Source: an uncultured Spirochaetota bacterium | Lineage (GTDB): Bacteria; Spirochaetota; Spirochaetia; SZUA-6; Fen-1364 | Direction of reading: 5' to 3' | Length of the DNA: 64,000 nt | Assembly (NCBI GenBank): GCA_963781885.1 | Contig: CAWAHW010000005.1 | Coordinates: 270,168-334,167, forward strand | In this document: positions 10,270 through 21,789 of the stretch, piece by piece | How positions within the stretch are numbered: the first letter of the stretch is position 1 | Layout: every line of letters starts with the position of its first letter | Notes under the pieces: model-generated | The model's database searches: none | The model's input: the letters and a program-made list of their open reading frames with translations, nothing else | What the model was told of the DNA's origin: nothing | Position numbers and translations under genes: made by a program

Positions 10270-11950
10270 GAGCGGGCGGGAAAGGTCGCAAGCGTCCGCC
10301 TGACGCGCTCGATCGACCAACGGCGCGCCGCCTCGACCGACCTGTCGTCCGCAGTCTCCGCGGCCGCAGTCCGCCGCATATTCGCCGCAACCGGCAGGAG
10401 GGTCTGCACGATCTCCCGGCTTCCGGTGGAGAGTGACGACGACCACGCGCCCGGAATGGGCGGAATTTCCCCGAGGCTTTCGAGATCGCGTTCATAGCCT
10501 GAGAGTAGCTCCCGGATGTCCACGCTTTGCTTCGGACCGTTCCACGCGGGGTCACGGCGCGGCATGGAGCCACCCGCAGGCCCGGCGCCGTGGGCGACAG
10601 GCAGCGGCAGGCCACGACCTGGTGCCTGCGTCACCTCGGCATCCATCGTCTGCAGCATCTCGGCCAAACGGTCCCTGTATGCCGTCATGACGGGCGTCGT
10701 GTAGAGCCATCCGACTTTCGATGCAGTCGCTCGTACTGTCGGAAGCATGCCAGAAGCGCGGCAAACTGGGATTCGATGGGTGAGAGCCTGTCCTGCCGGC
10801 AAGCAAAAAAATCGTAGAGATAGGTGCCGCGCGCATACATCTTGCCGTCAGGGTAGGAATAATCGGCCCCGTAAATGGAAATCTCGCGAGCGCCGAGGGA
10901 CCGCGCGAGCGACACGGCCGCATGGGTTACGTTGCCGCCTGACATGTCCAGGCGCGGCAGGGCGAGCCCCCGCGCGCGAAAGTAGGAAAGCAGGGGGTGG
11001 GCACTCGCGGCGAACGCCACGCGGCCATGCATGCGCGCGAGGAGAGGCGGCGAGGCGGCGTCGAGAACGACGAGCGAGTTTTCCGGTACGCCGCGCATGA
11101 AATGAAGGTAGCTGTGGTTCTGGCAGTCGATCGAAACGACGGCGCCCGGGATAATTCCCACGGCGCGCAAGGCGGGAAGCGACGTGTCGGTGGCAATAAT
11201 AAAGGATTCCTTCTGCCGCGCCGCAATTGCCGGCAGGGAGTCTTCGAGCGAAGGCCCCGCGGCAGTGACGCACGCGGATTGCACCGCAGGCAGGGGCTCC
11301 GGTGTCTCCGGCATGGACGCAAGGTTGCAGAGCATGTTGGCCAGCCAGCGCTTGCCGAAATGGGCCTGTACTCCATAATCCGCACGCACGGAGTCGACGG
11401 CCCTCTGCACCTCGGCGGCAGCCTTTTGAAAGAAAGGAGCTTCGATGTCGCACCAGCTTCGCAGGGGAAGGGTGCGCAGGCTCCCCATCAGACCGGGGAG
11501 CCAGTCGGAGATGAGCCGGGCCCGGAGAGTGTGAGAGCCGGGAATCAGCGTGATCCGCGGGTCGCGAAGCACGGCTTCCATCGGGATGCTTGCGAGCAAG
11601 GAGCGCATCACGGCCAGGTCCTTTTCCACGATAAAGATGTGCGAGACATCGGGCCGCGCGAGCAATGCCGAAACGATGAGCCCGGAACCGAGCCCGAAAA
11701 TAACGACGCACCCGCCCGATGGCAGCGAGGCTGCCACCCGGCGCGCCTCTTCCTCGGGATCGTAGAGGGAGTGCAGGGGTGCAACGCCGCCTTCCTGGCG
11801 TACGACGGAAACGGGCGCGCCCGTTCGGGCACGTGCGATGCCGATGCGCGGGTCAGGGTCGGAGGCGAGCAGCGCGCGGACGAGGTCGGGTGCACGCGCC
11901 CTCAGTGCTTCCAGGTTCGACGCAAGCACGCCCGCGGAAGCGCTATTCAC
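10260..11950 (-). pseudogene. Maf/DUF115 (MptE-like) protein, frameshifted near 10.72 kb (possible sequencing error)
   Basis: LHSLYDPEEEA, AAGPSL, ATDTS, GADYSY motifs; C-terminus continues in another frame (WLYTTPVMTAYRD). Confidence 0.65.
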
Positions 11951-13562
11951 CGAGTGACTTCCGTGCAAGGGCGTCGATGAACCGGCGGCAATTCTCAAGG
12001 ATTTGCTCCGCCGCGCGCCGCGCGCCGGCATCATCGCGCACGCGCAGCCTTTTCCTGCATTCGATCAGGCCGCGAGGCTCGATCATGCAGGGCAGCGCCA
12101 GCGCGAGCGGCATCTGGTCGAGCGCAAGCGGCATGTTGATTTGCGCCATCAGGGGGCGTGGGTCGGCGAGCACGGTGCGCCATTCGGCGAGGATGCCCTG
12201 CACCTTGTTCCTGCGCTGCGGGAGCCGGGGAAAGTCCACAAGCAGGCGCCAGGGCGCCGCGGATGGGGCTGAGCCGAAACCATGCAGAAGTGTCTTCAGA
12301 CCGGCACGGTCGAGTGATCGCAGTCCGGGAATCGGCACGGGGGAGGGAAGGAGCCGGAATATCCTCTGCGATCGGGACGCGGGCATGGCGCCGAACCACC
12401 CCGCGTAGGTGCGCATGGCCGGAGTCGCACGGACGCCATTTAGTCTCGTGAGAGGTGCGTCGTGGAGCTGGATCGATCTGCCGTACCAGAGGCCGTAGTG
12501 GGGATGGCACCGGTCTGCCTGGAGCTGCAGCAGCCTGTCGAAAGCATTCGGCCGCGCATGCGACCTGATGTCGAGGCTGCACATGTCCAGGCCGCTGATG
12601 ACGACCGGCGCCCGGGTGAAGGTGAGCGCGAGCTCCAAGGCCGTCGCGGAAACGGTGCCATGCGGTGGAATGAGAGGGGCGGCGATTCCGGCGGCGCCCA
12701 GCAGCGCCCGCTCGTGAAAAACAGGCTCCGCGAGCAGGAACGTGGGGGTCGTCCCGCCGCGGGAAGGCCGCAGGTCCCATGCCCCGCGCGCGGCGGAGAG
12801 GGGCATGGCGATGGGGCAACCGGGCGCGTCGAAATGCAGGTGATGCATCGCGTAGTAGCCGGGGTCGGTCATGACGACCAGATCGGGCGCGACGCCGGAT
12901 GCCTGGAGCGCCGCGCAGGCGGAGGGAAGCGCCCACACGTCCATCGCGGCGCGCATCTCTCGAATCAGGGGCAGGGCGTCTTCCAGCGTGGGGCCCGACG
13001 CGGCGATCAGGACGGGCCTGTCCGCGCCGCACGGCGCGCCGCCGAGCGGCCGTTCGATGCCCAGGAAGTTGCAGACGCTGTTGCGCATCCACAGCCTTCC
13101 CGCGGATGCAATCGTGGCAAAGCTGCCGCCGAGCTCCTGCGCGACCTGCCGGACCGCTTCACGCGCTTCCCGTGCCACCTGGGGGAAGAGCTGCGCCGCC
13201 GGGGCCCACTCGATGACGCGAAGGCCCTCGGCATCCAGCTCGCCCAGTTCCCGGCGGAGAAAATCGATGAGGGGGAGCCCGCTGGCTGGATGCCAGCGGG
13301 GAACGCCGGGCGCGGAGGCATCGTGAACTTGCGTCGAATAAAAAACCCGGATCACCCGCGCCGCGGGACAGGCCGCCTGCGCGGCCTCGCTTACGTAGCC
13401 CAGGCCTTCCCCGAGCACGATGACCGTGGCGGGAGGATCGCCGCCCAGGTTTTCCGCGACGAAACGCGCCGCCTCCTTGCGGGGGTCATAAGGTGAATGG
13501 AATGAAACGCCGTCGACCTTCAGCGAGGGCGCACCCGATCGCGCGGTGAAGGCCTCGATCAT
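11943..13562 (-). CDS. Maf/DUF115 (MptE-like) protein
   Basis: HSPYDPRKEA, ASGPTL, GTVSATA, GLDM motifs. Confidence 0.7.
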   Translation of the reverse strand: MIEAFTARSGAPSLKVDGVSFHSPYDPRKEAARFVAENLGGDPPATVIVLGEGLGYVSEAAQAACPAARVIRVFYSTQVHDASAPGVPRWHPASGLPLIDFLRRELGELDAEGLRVIEWAPAAQLFPQVAREAREAVRQVAQELGGSFATIASAGRLWMRNSVCNFLGIERPLGGAPCGADRPVLIAASGPTLEDALPLIREMRAAMDVWALPSACAALQASGVAPDLVVMTDPGYYAMHHLHFDAPGCPIAMPLSAARGAWDLRPSRGGTTPTFLLAEPVFHERALLGAAGIAAPLIPPHGTVSATALELALTFTRAPVVISGLDMCSLDIRSHARPNAFDRLLQLQADRCHPHYGLWYGRSIQLHDAPLTRLNGVRATPAMRTYAGWFGAMPASRSQRIFRLLPSPVPIPGLRSLDRAGLKTLLHGFGSAPSAAPWRLLVDFPRLPQRRNKVQGILAEWRTVLADPRPLMAQINMPLALDQMPLALALPCMIEPRGLIECRKRLRVRDDAGARRAAEQILENCRRFIDALARKSLGE

Positions 13563-13568
13563 GGGCGA

Positions 13569-14906
13569 TCAGCCCGCGAGCGCGTCGAGGATGCCGCGGA
13601 GCTCGCCGCCGTCGGCGGGCCATGATGCGGTCTTCAACACGCGCGGACCGCTCGATTCGCCGTGCGCGCCATTGCCGCCGAAAAGCCCGCGGAGGAAGCC
13701 CGCCATCTGGTGGAGGAAAAGATCGAGATCGCGCTGATCGAAGTCCGGGAGCCCGACGATGAACCTGCCCTGACGGACCGCCGTGATCCTGCCCAGGTCC
13801 GCGAGGAAGGACCCGAGGAAATAGGTGATGTCCTCGTGGAGACGAAAGGGGTCCAGGTGCGGGTGAGCCACGATGACGGCGCGGGAGAAATCCTCCAGCG
13901 AGAGGGACACCAGGAGGACGCGCGTCGGCGCGGTGCCGAGCCCCGAGATGAAACGCGTCATCTCGTTTCCCGGCGTTGTCTCCGCGGCATTCTGCGCGGC
14001 CGATACGACGATGCCCGCGTCCGCCATGCGGGACGCCCGCGCGGCGTAGATGCGGTTCGCTCCAGCCAGTGCGACCTGCGCAAGGCAGGCAAGCAGCGCC
14101 GCATCGTCGGGGAAAGGTGAGGCGAGGTCCGTGGCGAGCAGAACGGCAATCAGCTTTTCCTCCGCGATGAAAGGCGTGAGGAACATCCTCGAAATGGAGG
14201 AAAACTCGCGGGAGGAAAAATACGCCTGGTACGGGGCAAGGGAAGGGGCGTCGGCGAGAAGGAGCGGCGCTCCGTTGGCCAGCGCATTCCAGCTTTCCGT
14301 GGCGCCCAGGGAGATGCGCAGGCGATGCATGGTGGTCGGATCGTAGCCCCTGCTCGCCCATGGCGCATATGCCACGCGGAGCGGGTCGAAGAGAAGCAGG
14401 GCTCCTTTCCCGATTCCCAGGCGTGTCAGAAGCATGGAGAAGAGCTGGGACGGCAGCTCGACGCCGTCCGGCAGCGCGCGCAGCGCGGCAAGCATCTCCG
14501 CGGTCAGGGCCTGCGGATCTGCCGCGGGCGGAGCGGCGACCGGAGCCGGGACGGGCCGCGTTTCGCTTTCGGTCTTGAAAGGAAGTGGCGCTTCCGCGAA
14601 GTGCTCATCGGCAGGGAGGCCTTCTTCGATTTCCACGGTCTCTGCGGATGGCCCGCGTGGAAGAAGGGACGCCGGCACAGCCGGCGTCCCTTCCTGCGCA
14701 AGGGGAAGTCCCGTCGAAATCCTGTGAAGGAGACCCGACCGAGGCTTTTCCCGAATGTCGGCGGCAGCCTGCGCATCATCGGGCACGGTGACCGGCTGAA
14801 CGTCGGCGGCCGCGGCGGAGACTGAAGATGGTGTCTCGTCTCTGGTGGCGGCATGAATGCCACCGGGTACGGTGGCGGCGTGGGCCGCCTTCCGCAGAAG
14901 GCCCAT
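13569..14906 (-). CDS. Hypothetical protein
   Basis: Long ORF in an operon, abutting its neighbours. Confidence 0.6.
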   Translation of the reverse strand: MGLLRKAAHAATVPGGIHAATRDETPSSVSAAAADVQPVTVPDDAQAAADIREKPRSGLLHRISTGLPLAQEGTPAVPASLLPRGPSAETVEIEEGLPADEHFAEAPLPFKTESETRPVPAPVAAPPAADPQALTAEMLAALRALPDGVELPSQLFSMLLTRLGIGKGALLLFDPLRVAYAPWASRGYDPTTMHRLRISLGATESWNALANGAPLLLADAPSLAPYQAYFSSREFSSISRMFLTPFIAEEKLIAVLLATDLASPFPDDAALLACLAQVALAGANRIYAARASRMADAGIVVSAAQNAAETTPGNEMTRFISGLGTAPTRVLLVSLSLEDFSRAVIVAHPHLDPFRLHEDITYFLGSFLADLGRITAVRQGRFIVGLPDFDQRDLDLFLHQMAGFLRGLFGGNGAHGESSGPRVLKTASWPADGGELRGILDALAG

Positions 14907-16784
14907 TTACTCGCCTAGTCCCAGGTCCTCGAAGAGCTTCTTGTACATCACGAAGTAGTCGGAGCTCGCGAACTCCTGGATTTTTTCATCGGGCAGGGCT
15001 TCAAGAAGGTGATCCATATACTTCAGCACCGTGCGAATTTCGTCTTTCAGGTTGTCGGGGATGCTCGTTGCCTCTTCGGCAGGGGCGGCCGCCGCGGCGG
15101 GCTTGCCCGCCGGTGCAGGGGACTCGCCGAGCTCTTCGAGCTCCGGGATGAGCTCCTGCATCTCCTCCGCCTCTTCGGCAGATTCCTGCAGATTCGCCTC
15201 ATCCTTTGCGAGATCGGATTCGAACTCTATCTCGATCTCCTTCTCCGCTGCAGGCGCCTCGGTGCCCTCGTCCGGTGGCGATTCGAGCTCGCCGATCTCA
15301 AGGTCGTCGATGACCGGCGCGACAGGGACCTCGTCGTTCAATTCCTCCGCTTCGGCGGCTAGCGCCTCCAGGTCGACATCGGCGGCGAGGTCGACGCTTT
15401 CATCGGCCTTGTCCTCCGCGGCGGTGACATCTTCCAGGGGCTCGACGTCCGTCTCCTCTTCCGTGAGCGTCTCCAGCTCATCGACCTGCTCGGGGACCGC
15501 GTCGATGACGGTCGGCTCCTCGCCCAGATCGAGCGTTTCAAGGTCGATGGTTTCGCTCCCTTCGTCGTCCAGCGGCGACGAGGCGGGCGCGATGCTTTCC
15601 ACCGCGGCAGGCTCCGTTTCGATTTCTGGTATTCCTTCCAGGTCGAGCTCCGGCAGGCCTTCCGTGCCCAATTCCGCGCCGGACGCGGCAGGCTCGGCTG
15701 CAAGCTCATCCAGCACGAGCTCGGAGGGAAGCTCTTCCAACGCGGGCTCGTCCATCGCGGCAGTGTCCGAGGTTGAAAGGATGTCGTCGTCGGCAAGAAC
15801 GAGGGTATCGTCGCCCGGGGTATCGGTGCCCGCCGTCTCGTCGCCCAGCTCGAGGTCCAGGGCTTCAGGCACGGACGCGGCTGCTTCCGGGGCAGGGGTT
15901 TCGTAGCTCAGGATGTCTTCCTGCGGGTTCTGATCCGCGCTCACGGTCTCATCCGGGGCAAGATCGAGATCCTCACCCAGCGTGGGAACCTCGGCCGCTT
16001 CTTCCGTGATCTCCGCCGTATTGAGGATGTTGTCCAGCTCGTCGCCCGTCAAGGCGATCGTCTCGTCCTCATCCTCGTCGAAGAATCCGCCCTGCGCTTC
16101 GGCGCTCACGGGAGCTTCTTCGTCGGCCGCACCCGCGGTCTTGCGCAGGCCGGAAAGCTCCGTGCGGAGCTGCGTGAGGTCCGTGCGGATGGAGCGGAGC
16201 TCTTCCTCGATGCGGGAAAGTATTTCCGCCGAGGATGACGAGGCGGCGCGGTGCTTGGTGGTGACGGAGGCAAGCTCGCTCTCCAGCGCCTCCAGATCGC
16301 CGAACTTGTCCTGCTCGGTGCCATTCTCGGACAGGGTGACCTCGATCTCGGTGCCTTCCGCGCCGGAGGAACGGGCGGCTTCGCTGTCTTCCTCGAGCTC
16401 GGGAAGCTCCTCGTCGGTGGGCTGTCCCAGGGCGATGTCGGAAACCACCGTGCCCTCCGTCACCGATTCGATGTCGGGAAGCTCGGACTCCGACAGGAGC
16501 GGCTCTTCCTCGGGGACAAGGACGTTTTCAGACGCCGCCTCGGGATCGAGCTCGGTCTCCAGCTCGTCCAGCAGCTTCTCTTCTTCCGCGGTGAGCTCGC
16601 TGTCTTCAGGGGCGACAGCGGCAACGGCCGCCGCGGAAGGGCGGGAGCCGTCGAGGTCGGAAAGCTCGAAGGAATCCTCAAGCGCAGGTGCTGCGGCGAC
16701 TGCGCGTGGTTTCACCTTCACCCAGACGCCGTACTGTTCCAGCTTCTTTTCGCTCTCGGGGCTTCCCTGCTTTTCCCTTGCCAT
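14907..16784 (-). CDS. Highly acidic hypothetical protein
   Basis: 625 aa, E/D-rich; N-terminal LEQYGVWVK and C-terminal LKYMDHLLEALP..KLFEDLGL; AGGAG RBS. Confidence 0.75.
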   Translation of the reverse strand: MAREKQGSPESEKKLEQYGVWVKVKPRAVAAAPALEDSFELSDLDGSRPSAAAVAAVAPEDSELTAEEEKLLDELETELDPEAASENVLVPEEEPLLSESELPDIESVTEGTVVSDIALGQPTDEELPELEEDSEAARSSGAEGTEIEVTLSENGTEQDKFGDLEALESELASVTTKHRAASSSSAEILSRIEEELRSIRTDLTQLRTELSGLRKTAGAADEEAPVSAEAQGGFFDEDEDETIALTGDELDNILNTAEITEEAAEVPTLGEDLDLAPDETVSADQNPQEDILSYETPAPEAAASVPEALDLELGDETAGTDTPGDDTLVLADDDILSTSDTAAMDEPALEELPSELVLDELAAEPAASGAELGTEGLPELDLEGIPEIETEPAAVESIAPASSPLDDEGSETIDLETLDLGEEPTVIDAVPEQVDELETLTEEETDVEPLEDVTAAEDKADESVDLAADVDLEALAAEAEELNDEVPVAPVIDDLEIGELESPPDEGTEAPAAEKEIEIEFESDLAKDEANLQESAEEAEEMQELIPELEELGESPAPAGKPAAAAAPAEEATSIPDNLKDEIRTVLKYMDHLLEALPDEKIQEFASSDYFVMYKKLFEDLGLGE

Positions 16785-16988
16785 TCCTGTCTCCTGAGGA
16801 TGCGTTTGTCGCCATCCCCATTATCGGCGAAACGTCCCCATAATTCCATCGATTCCCAAACAACAGTTTACGCCGGCGATTTTCAGGTTGTCAATTGGAT
16901 GCCGGGGTCTGTTCGGTGCCGCCAGGACCTGACGGGGCCGTTTCCACTCATTATTACGCCAGGGCCCGCCGTTATCAAAAGAGAACAC

Positions 16989-17435
16989 ATGCGGCGACTC
17001 CTGCCCCTGCTCATCGTCCTCTTCATCATCGCGTCCCTGGCGATATTCCTGTTCGGGGACTCTGGTCTCATCGCCTATGCGCGTCGCGAGCATTACCGGG
17101 AGAACCTTGCCGCGAATGTCAGCGCGCTTGCCGCGCGCCACCAGGCTCTGGAGGCGGAGCTTGCGCAGCTGAAGACGAACAGGGATACCACAATCGCCCT
17201 TGCGCGCGGGCTGGGGCTGTACGCGACGGACGACAAGATCGTACAGCTCGAAGGCAGGGTGGCGAAGAGCGAGGTCTACGCGATGGGAGATCTCCTCAAG
17301 ATGAACGATTCCGACGGCAATCGCAGCTCCATTTTCAAGCTGGCCGCCTTCATCGCCGCGGCGCTCCTCATCCTGGCGGCGTTCATTTCCGCGCGCGCAC
17401 CCCGCAGGAGGGCGCTTGGTCATCACGACAGATAG
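16989..17435 (+). CDS. Septum formation initiator (FtsB/DivIC family)
   Basis: N-terminal TM, FGDSGL, coiled coil, ARGLGL. Confidence 0.65.
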   Translation: MRRLLPLLIVLFIIASLAIFLFGDSGLIAYARREHYRENLAANVSALAARHQALEAELAQLKTNRDTTIALARGLGLYATDDKIVQLEGRVAKSEVYAMGDLLKMNDSDGNRSSIFKLAAFIAAALLILAAFISARAPRRRALGHHDR

Positions 17436-17982
17436 TCCCGACTGCCTGGAAAGGCTGATCAGGGTTCTCTCCGAAGGCGGGGTCGCGATCGCACCGGGAG
17501 ACACGATGTACGGGCTGATCGGCGTGGCACCCGGCACGGAGGATCGCATCCGTCGCATCAAGGGGCGCGGCGAAGACAAGCCCTTTCTCCAGCTCATTGC
17601 CGATCCTGCGTGGACCGCCCGTTTCTCCGATTTTCAGCTTCCGGGCAAGATTGCCCGGCACTGGCCGGGTCCGCTCACCGTCGTGGTACCCGACCGGGCG
17701 GGTGGGACGTTGGCGGTGAGGATGCCGGATTCGGACTTCCTGCTCCGCGTCCTCAAGGGCGTTCAACGGCCGCTCTATTCCACCAGCGTGAACCGGGCCG
17801 GATCCCCTCCGCTTCAAACGGTCGCGCAGATGCGGCGCGATTTCGAGCCCGATGTCGACCTTATTGTCGATGCCGGGGACCGCGCGCCGGGCGCACCTTC
17901 CACGCTGCTGGACCTCACCGTGAAGCCCTACCGTGTTCTGCGCCGGGGAGCTCTTTCACTTTCTCCCGAAGACCTCGCCTGA
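17416..17982 (+). CDS. tsaC: Threonylcarbamoyl-AMP synthase (YrdC/Sua5)
   Basis: DTMYGL, IKGR..DKP, WPGPLT, STSVNRAG motifs. Confidence 0.85.
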   Translation: MVITTDSPDCLERLIRVLSEGGVAIAPGDTMYGLIGVAPGTEDRIRRIKGRGEDKPFLQLIADPAWTARFSDFQLPGKIARHWPGPLTVVVPDRAGGTLAVRMPDSDFLLRVLKGVQRPLYSTSVNRAGSPPLQTVAQMRRDFEPDVDLIVDAGDRAPGAPSTLLDLTVKPYRVLRRGALSLSPEDLA

Positions 17983-17983
17983 G

Positions 17984-20323
17984 CTAGAATACAAGGTCCA
18001 GGACCTCGTCCATGGTGGAAACCGGATTGAAGGTAATGCCTTCCCGCACGTGCGCGGGGATCTCCTCCAGATCGCGGACATTTCCCTGCGGGAAAAGCAC
18101 GCGCTTGATACGGTTCCGCCGCGCGGCGATCACTTTCTCCTTCAGGCCGCCGATGGGAAGCACCCTGCCGACCAGAGAGAGCTCGCCGGTCATGGCAAGG
18201 GATTTCTTCATCTTCTTCCCCATGGCAAGCGAAAGGAGGGCCGAGGCGAGCGTGATTCCCGCGGAAGGTCCGTCCTTCGGTGTGGCCCCGGCCGGCACGT
18301 GGAGATGGATCAGGTTTTTCTCCCAGAAGTCCGGGCTCACGCCGTATTTTGCCCCGACGTGCCGCGCGTAGGAGTATGCAATGCTTGCAGATTCCTGCAT
18401 GACCTCGCCGAGCTTTCCCGTCAGCTTGAAGCCTTCCTTCCCTTCGTTGGCAATCGCCTCGATGGTGAGCACGGCGCCTCCCATCTGAGTCCAGGCCAGC
18501 CCTGTCGCCATGCCTGGTTTCAGGTTGTCCGCAATCTCCTCGTCCAGGAACACGGGCTTGCCGAGGTATTCCTCCAGCGAATCCTTTTTCAGGGAAACGG
18601 GAAGGGTGAGCTTTCCGGTCAGGCTCGCACGAGCGATCTTGCGATGGATCTTGTCCAGCGCCTTTTCGAAATTCCTGAGGCCCGCTTCCCGCGCATAGCC
18701 GTCCGCGATTGCGAGGAGAGCCCCGGCGTCGTATTTCACGCTCGATTTCCCCAGCCCCGCGCGCTCGAGCGATCGCGGGATCAGGTACGTGCGCGCAATA
18801 GCCACCTTTTCGCGGTCGATGTAGCCGGAGAGCCGGATGACCTCCATGCGGTCCAGGAGGGGCGCGGGGATGGAATCGAGCGTGTTCGCCGTGGTGACAA
18901 AGAGGATGTGCGAGATGTCAAACGGCAGGTCGAGGTAGTTGTCACGAAAGGCCACGTTCTGCTCGGGATCCAGCACCTCGAGGAGCGCGGAGGAGGGGTC
19001 GCCCTGGTACGATGCGCCCAGCTTGTCGATCTCATCGATCATATAGACGGGATTCTTCGTCTTCACGATCTTCAAGCCCTGGATGATCTTGCCGGGCATC
19101 GCGCCGATGTACGTGCGCCGGTGGCCCTTGATCTCCGCCTCGTCCCGCATGCCGCCGACGGAGAATCGGAAGAACTTTCTTTCCAGGGCGCGGGCGATGG
19201 ATTTCCCCACCGAGGTCTTTCCGACGCCGGGGGGGCCGACCAGACAGATGATCGAGCCCTTGCTGTCTTTCTTGAGCTTCCGCACGGAGAGGTACTCGAC
19301 GATGCGCTCCTTCACGTCTTCCAGCCCGTAGTGATCCTCGTTGAGGATTGTGACGGCCTTGTCGATGTCGAGAGTCTCCTTGGAGTCGTCCTTCCAGGGC
19401 AGGGCGATGATGGTCTCCAGGTAATTGCGCGTGACGGTGAACTCCGGGGAGTTGGCGTCCATGAGGGAGAACTTCTCCAGCTCCTGGTCCACCTGCTCTT
19501 TCACCTCGCCTTCGAATGCGAGCTTCTCCACGGCCTCCTTGAAACGCTGGTGCTCGCTGGACTTCGCGTCCACCGCCATGCCCAGCTCCGTCTTGATGGC
19601 CTTCAGCTCTTCCTTCAGGAAATAGTCGCGCTGGCTCTTGGAGATCTTGTCATTGAGCTGCTCCTGTATCTTCTTCTGGATCTTCAGCAGCTCCTGTTCC
19701 TTCTTGATGAAGATGAGCACGTGCTCCATGCGCGCCTGCACGTCGTCCATTTCCAGTATCTTCTGCTGCTCGGACCCTTCAAGATTGAGGATCGAGCTGA
19801 TGAAATCCGCGACCTTCCCGGGATGGTCGATATTGACCATGGAGAGGCGCATCTCCTCCGAGAAAAGCGGGTTGTTCTCCGAGACCTGCTTCATCTCACC
19901 GATGAGGGCGCGCGTGAGGGCCTTCACCTCGGGGGTGTCGAAGTTCGTGTCTTCACGATATTGCGGCACCACGCTGATCGGCTGCGTGCTCTGGAGGACG
20001 CGCTTGATCTGGAAACGCTTGATCGTCGAGATGTAGATGTTCACCCCGCCGTCCGGCAGGTTGATGCGCCGCACGATCTTCGCCGCCGTTCCCACCGGGC
20101 AGAGGTCGTCGGCGGAAGGGTTTTCCACGTCGTCGGATTTCAGCAGCACGAGGCCGATGAAGCTGTCCGCGGCGATGGCCTTTTCCACGGTGTCCGCCTC
20201 GCGGGTGCTCGGCAGCATCAGCGGCGTGAGGATGCCCGGGTAGATCGGCTTTCCCCGCAGCGGGATGACGAACAGGCGCGCGGGCAGTATCTGGTCCGCA
20301 GGGACAATGTGATGATCGCTCAT
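17984..20323 (-). CDS. lon: ATP-dependent protease La
   Basis: [22 protein letters not shown] catalytic Ser, GGLKEK. Confidence 0.97.
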   Translation of the reverse strand: MSDHHIVPADQILPARLFVIPLRGKPIYPGILTPLMLPSTREADTVEKAIAADSFIGLVLLKSDDVENPSADDLCPVGTAAKIVRRINLPDGGVNIYISTIKRFQIKRVLQSTQPISVVPQYREDTNFDTPEVKALTRALIGEMKQVSENNPLFSEEMRLSMVNIDHPGKVADFISSILNLEGSEQQKILEMDDVQARMEHVLIFIKKEQELLKIQKKIQEQLNDKISKSQRDYFLKEELKAIKTELGMAVDAKSSEHQRFKEAVEKLAFEGEVKEQVDQELEKFSLMDANSPEFTVTRNYLETIIALPWKDDSKETLDIDKAVTILNEDHYGLEDVKERIVEYLSVRKLKKDSKGSIICLVGPPGVGKTSVGKSIARALERKFFRFSVGGMRDEAEIKGHRRTYIGAMPGKIIQGLKIVKTKNPVYMIDEIDKLGASYQGDPSSALLEVLDPEQNVAFRDNYLDLPFDISHILFVTTANTLDSIPAPLLDRMEVIRLSGYIDREKVAIARTYLIPRSLERAGLGKSSVKYDAGALLAIADGYAREAGLRNFEKALDKIHRKIARASLTGKLTLPVSLKKDSLEEYLGKPVFLDEEIADNLKPGMATGLAWTQMGGAVLTIEAIANEGKEGFKLTGKLGEVMQESASIAYSYARHVGAKYGVSPDFWEKNLIHLHVPAGATPKDGPSAGITLASALLSLAMGKKMKKSLAMTGELSLVGRVLPIGGLKEKVIAARRNRIKRVLFPQGNVRDLEEIPAHVREGITFNPVSTMDEVLDLVF

Positions 20324-20455
20324 TCTGCCTTCTCCGGTTGGTTTCCTTCAAGTTAAGGCCGCATTGCCGCCCAGTCAAGCCTGGCCGATCCTTCGCCGCC
20401 GCCGTCCTTGTCATGCGCGGCGCCGCTCGGTACTATGACAGGGGCAGAAGAGCGC

Positions 20456-21211
20456 ATGGAACGAAGCATCTCCACACACGGCATCGTGATCAGGCGGGAA
20501 CGGAGCGCCGAGTTCCACAAGAGCCTCACCCTGCTCACCACGGACCTCGGTCTGATCACCGCCACCGCCTATGGCGCCTTCAAGATGAACAGCCGCCTGC
20601 GCATGGGAAGCGAGCCGTTCACGTGGTCCCGCGTCCAGCTTTACCACAATCCCGTGCGGCGCAGCTACAAGGTCACCGAGATGGAGATACTCGCGTCATT
20701 CGAAGGGCTCCAGCGCGATCTGTCCCGCCTGGCGGCGGCCTCCCTCTGGGCCGAGGTGGTGCAGAAATCCTACGGCGCCGGCGAGCTGTCCGGCGGGCTC
20801 TTTCGGCTTTTCCTCGACTCCCTCCAGCTCCTCGACGCAGCGGACGCGCACCGTGAGCCCTACGTCACCCTGCAGTTCCTCTGGCGCTTCCTCGCCCTTG
20901 CCGGCTACCAGCCCGACACGGGCCAGTGCGATCGCTGCGGCCGCGATTTCGCCGAAACCGAGACGGCATACTACGCCTCCCGTTCGCACGCGCTTCTCTG
21001 CGCGGAGTGTGCCAATCGCACCGGCCTGCCGCTTCCCGCCGGCGCGCTGCGTTTCCTCGATGCCACCGCGACGCTGTCCATCGACAAGGCGGTGGAGGTG
21101 AGCCTTGGTGAGCGCTCGCTCCACGCGCTGCGGGAATCGCTGCCGCGCATGCTGCAGTCCGTACTGGAGGGGGAGCTGGCATCGCTGCCGTGGGTCGAGG
21201 CGGGCCGGTGA
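20456..21211 (+). CDS. recO: DNA repair protein RecO
   Basis: N-terminal OB fold, CxxC...CxxC zinc finger. Confidence 0.85.
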   Translation: MERSISTHGIVIRRERSAEFHKSLTLLTTDLGLITATAYGAFKMNSRLRMGSEPFTWSRVQLYHNPVRRSYKVTEMEILASFEGLQRDLSRLAAASLWAEVVQKSYGAGELSGGLFRLFLDSLQLLDAADAHREPYVTLQFLWRFLALAGYQPDTGQCDRCGRDFAETETAYYASRSHALLCAECANRTGLPLPAGALRFLDATATLSIDKAVEVSLGERSLHALRESLPRMLQSVLEGELASLPWVEAGR

Positions 21212-21789
21212 GGCTTTTTGCCGGTCTCCCGCTGCCCTCCGACATTGCGGAAGGGCTCGTGCATGCCCTTGCCTCTGCGCGGCAGCGCGCCCCGCGGGCA
21301 CGCTGGGTTCCCGCGGAGAACCTGCACGTGACGCTGCGCTTCTTCGGTGACGTGGACGATGCGGCCCGCGCCGCGCTGGAGGCGGTCTTCGACAGCGGCG
21401 AGCTTCGCCGGCCGACGATATCCTGCCGGCTGGGCGCTGCCGGCCAGTTTCCGCTCCGCGGCGCCCCGCGCGTGCTGTGGGTAGGACTTGAAACGGGCGC
21501 GGCGGAGTCGCATGCCTTCTGGGAGAGCTTGCGGCGGCTGCTCGCGCCGCTCCAGGAGAAAGGCGCTCCCCTGGAGACGCTGCCGCGCGACGAGCGGGAC
21601 TTCGCGCCCCATGTGACCGTTGCGCGCGTGGGGCACGCGCCGATTCGGGAGGATTGGGCCGAGGGCGTGGCCGTGCCTCATGCGGATTTTCAGCTGTCGG
21701 AGTGCGTCCTTTTCCAGTCTCTCCTGGGCAGGGAGGGCGCACGCTACGTTCCCCAGAAGAGGGTGCAGCTCGTGAAAGGCGCAATGTGA
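21208..21789 (+). CDS. thpR: RNA 2',3'-cyclic phosphodiesterase
   Basis: Two HxT motifs (LHVTL, PHVTV). Confidence 0.85.
   Translation: MRLFAGLPLPSDIAEGLVHALASARQRAPRARWVPAENLHVTLRFFGDVDDAARAALEAVFDSGELRRPTISCRLGAAGQFPLRGAPRVLWVGLETGAAESHAFWESLRRLLAPLQEKGAPLETLPRDERDFAPHVTVARVGHAPIREDWAEGVAVPHADFQLSECVLFQSLLGREGARYVPQKRVQLVKGAM

Noticed and set aside
7143-10802. Programmed frameshifts in the DUF4340-like and Maf-like genes
   Set aside because: No clear recoding signals; scattered single-base indels across the window point to sequencing error or decay.
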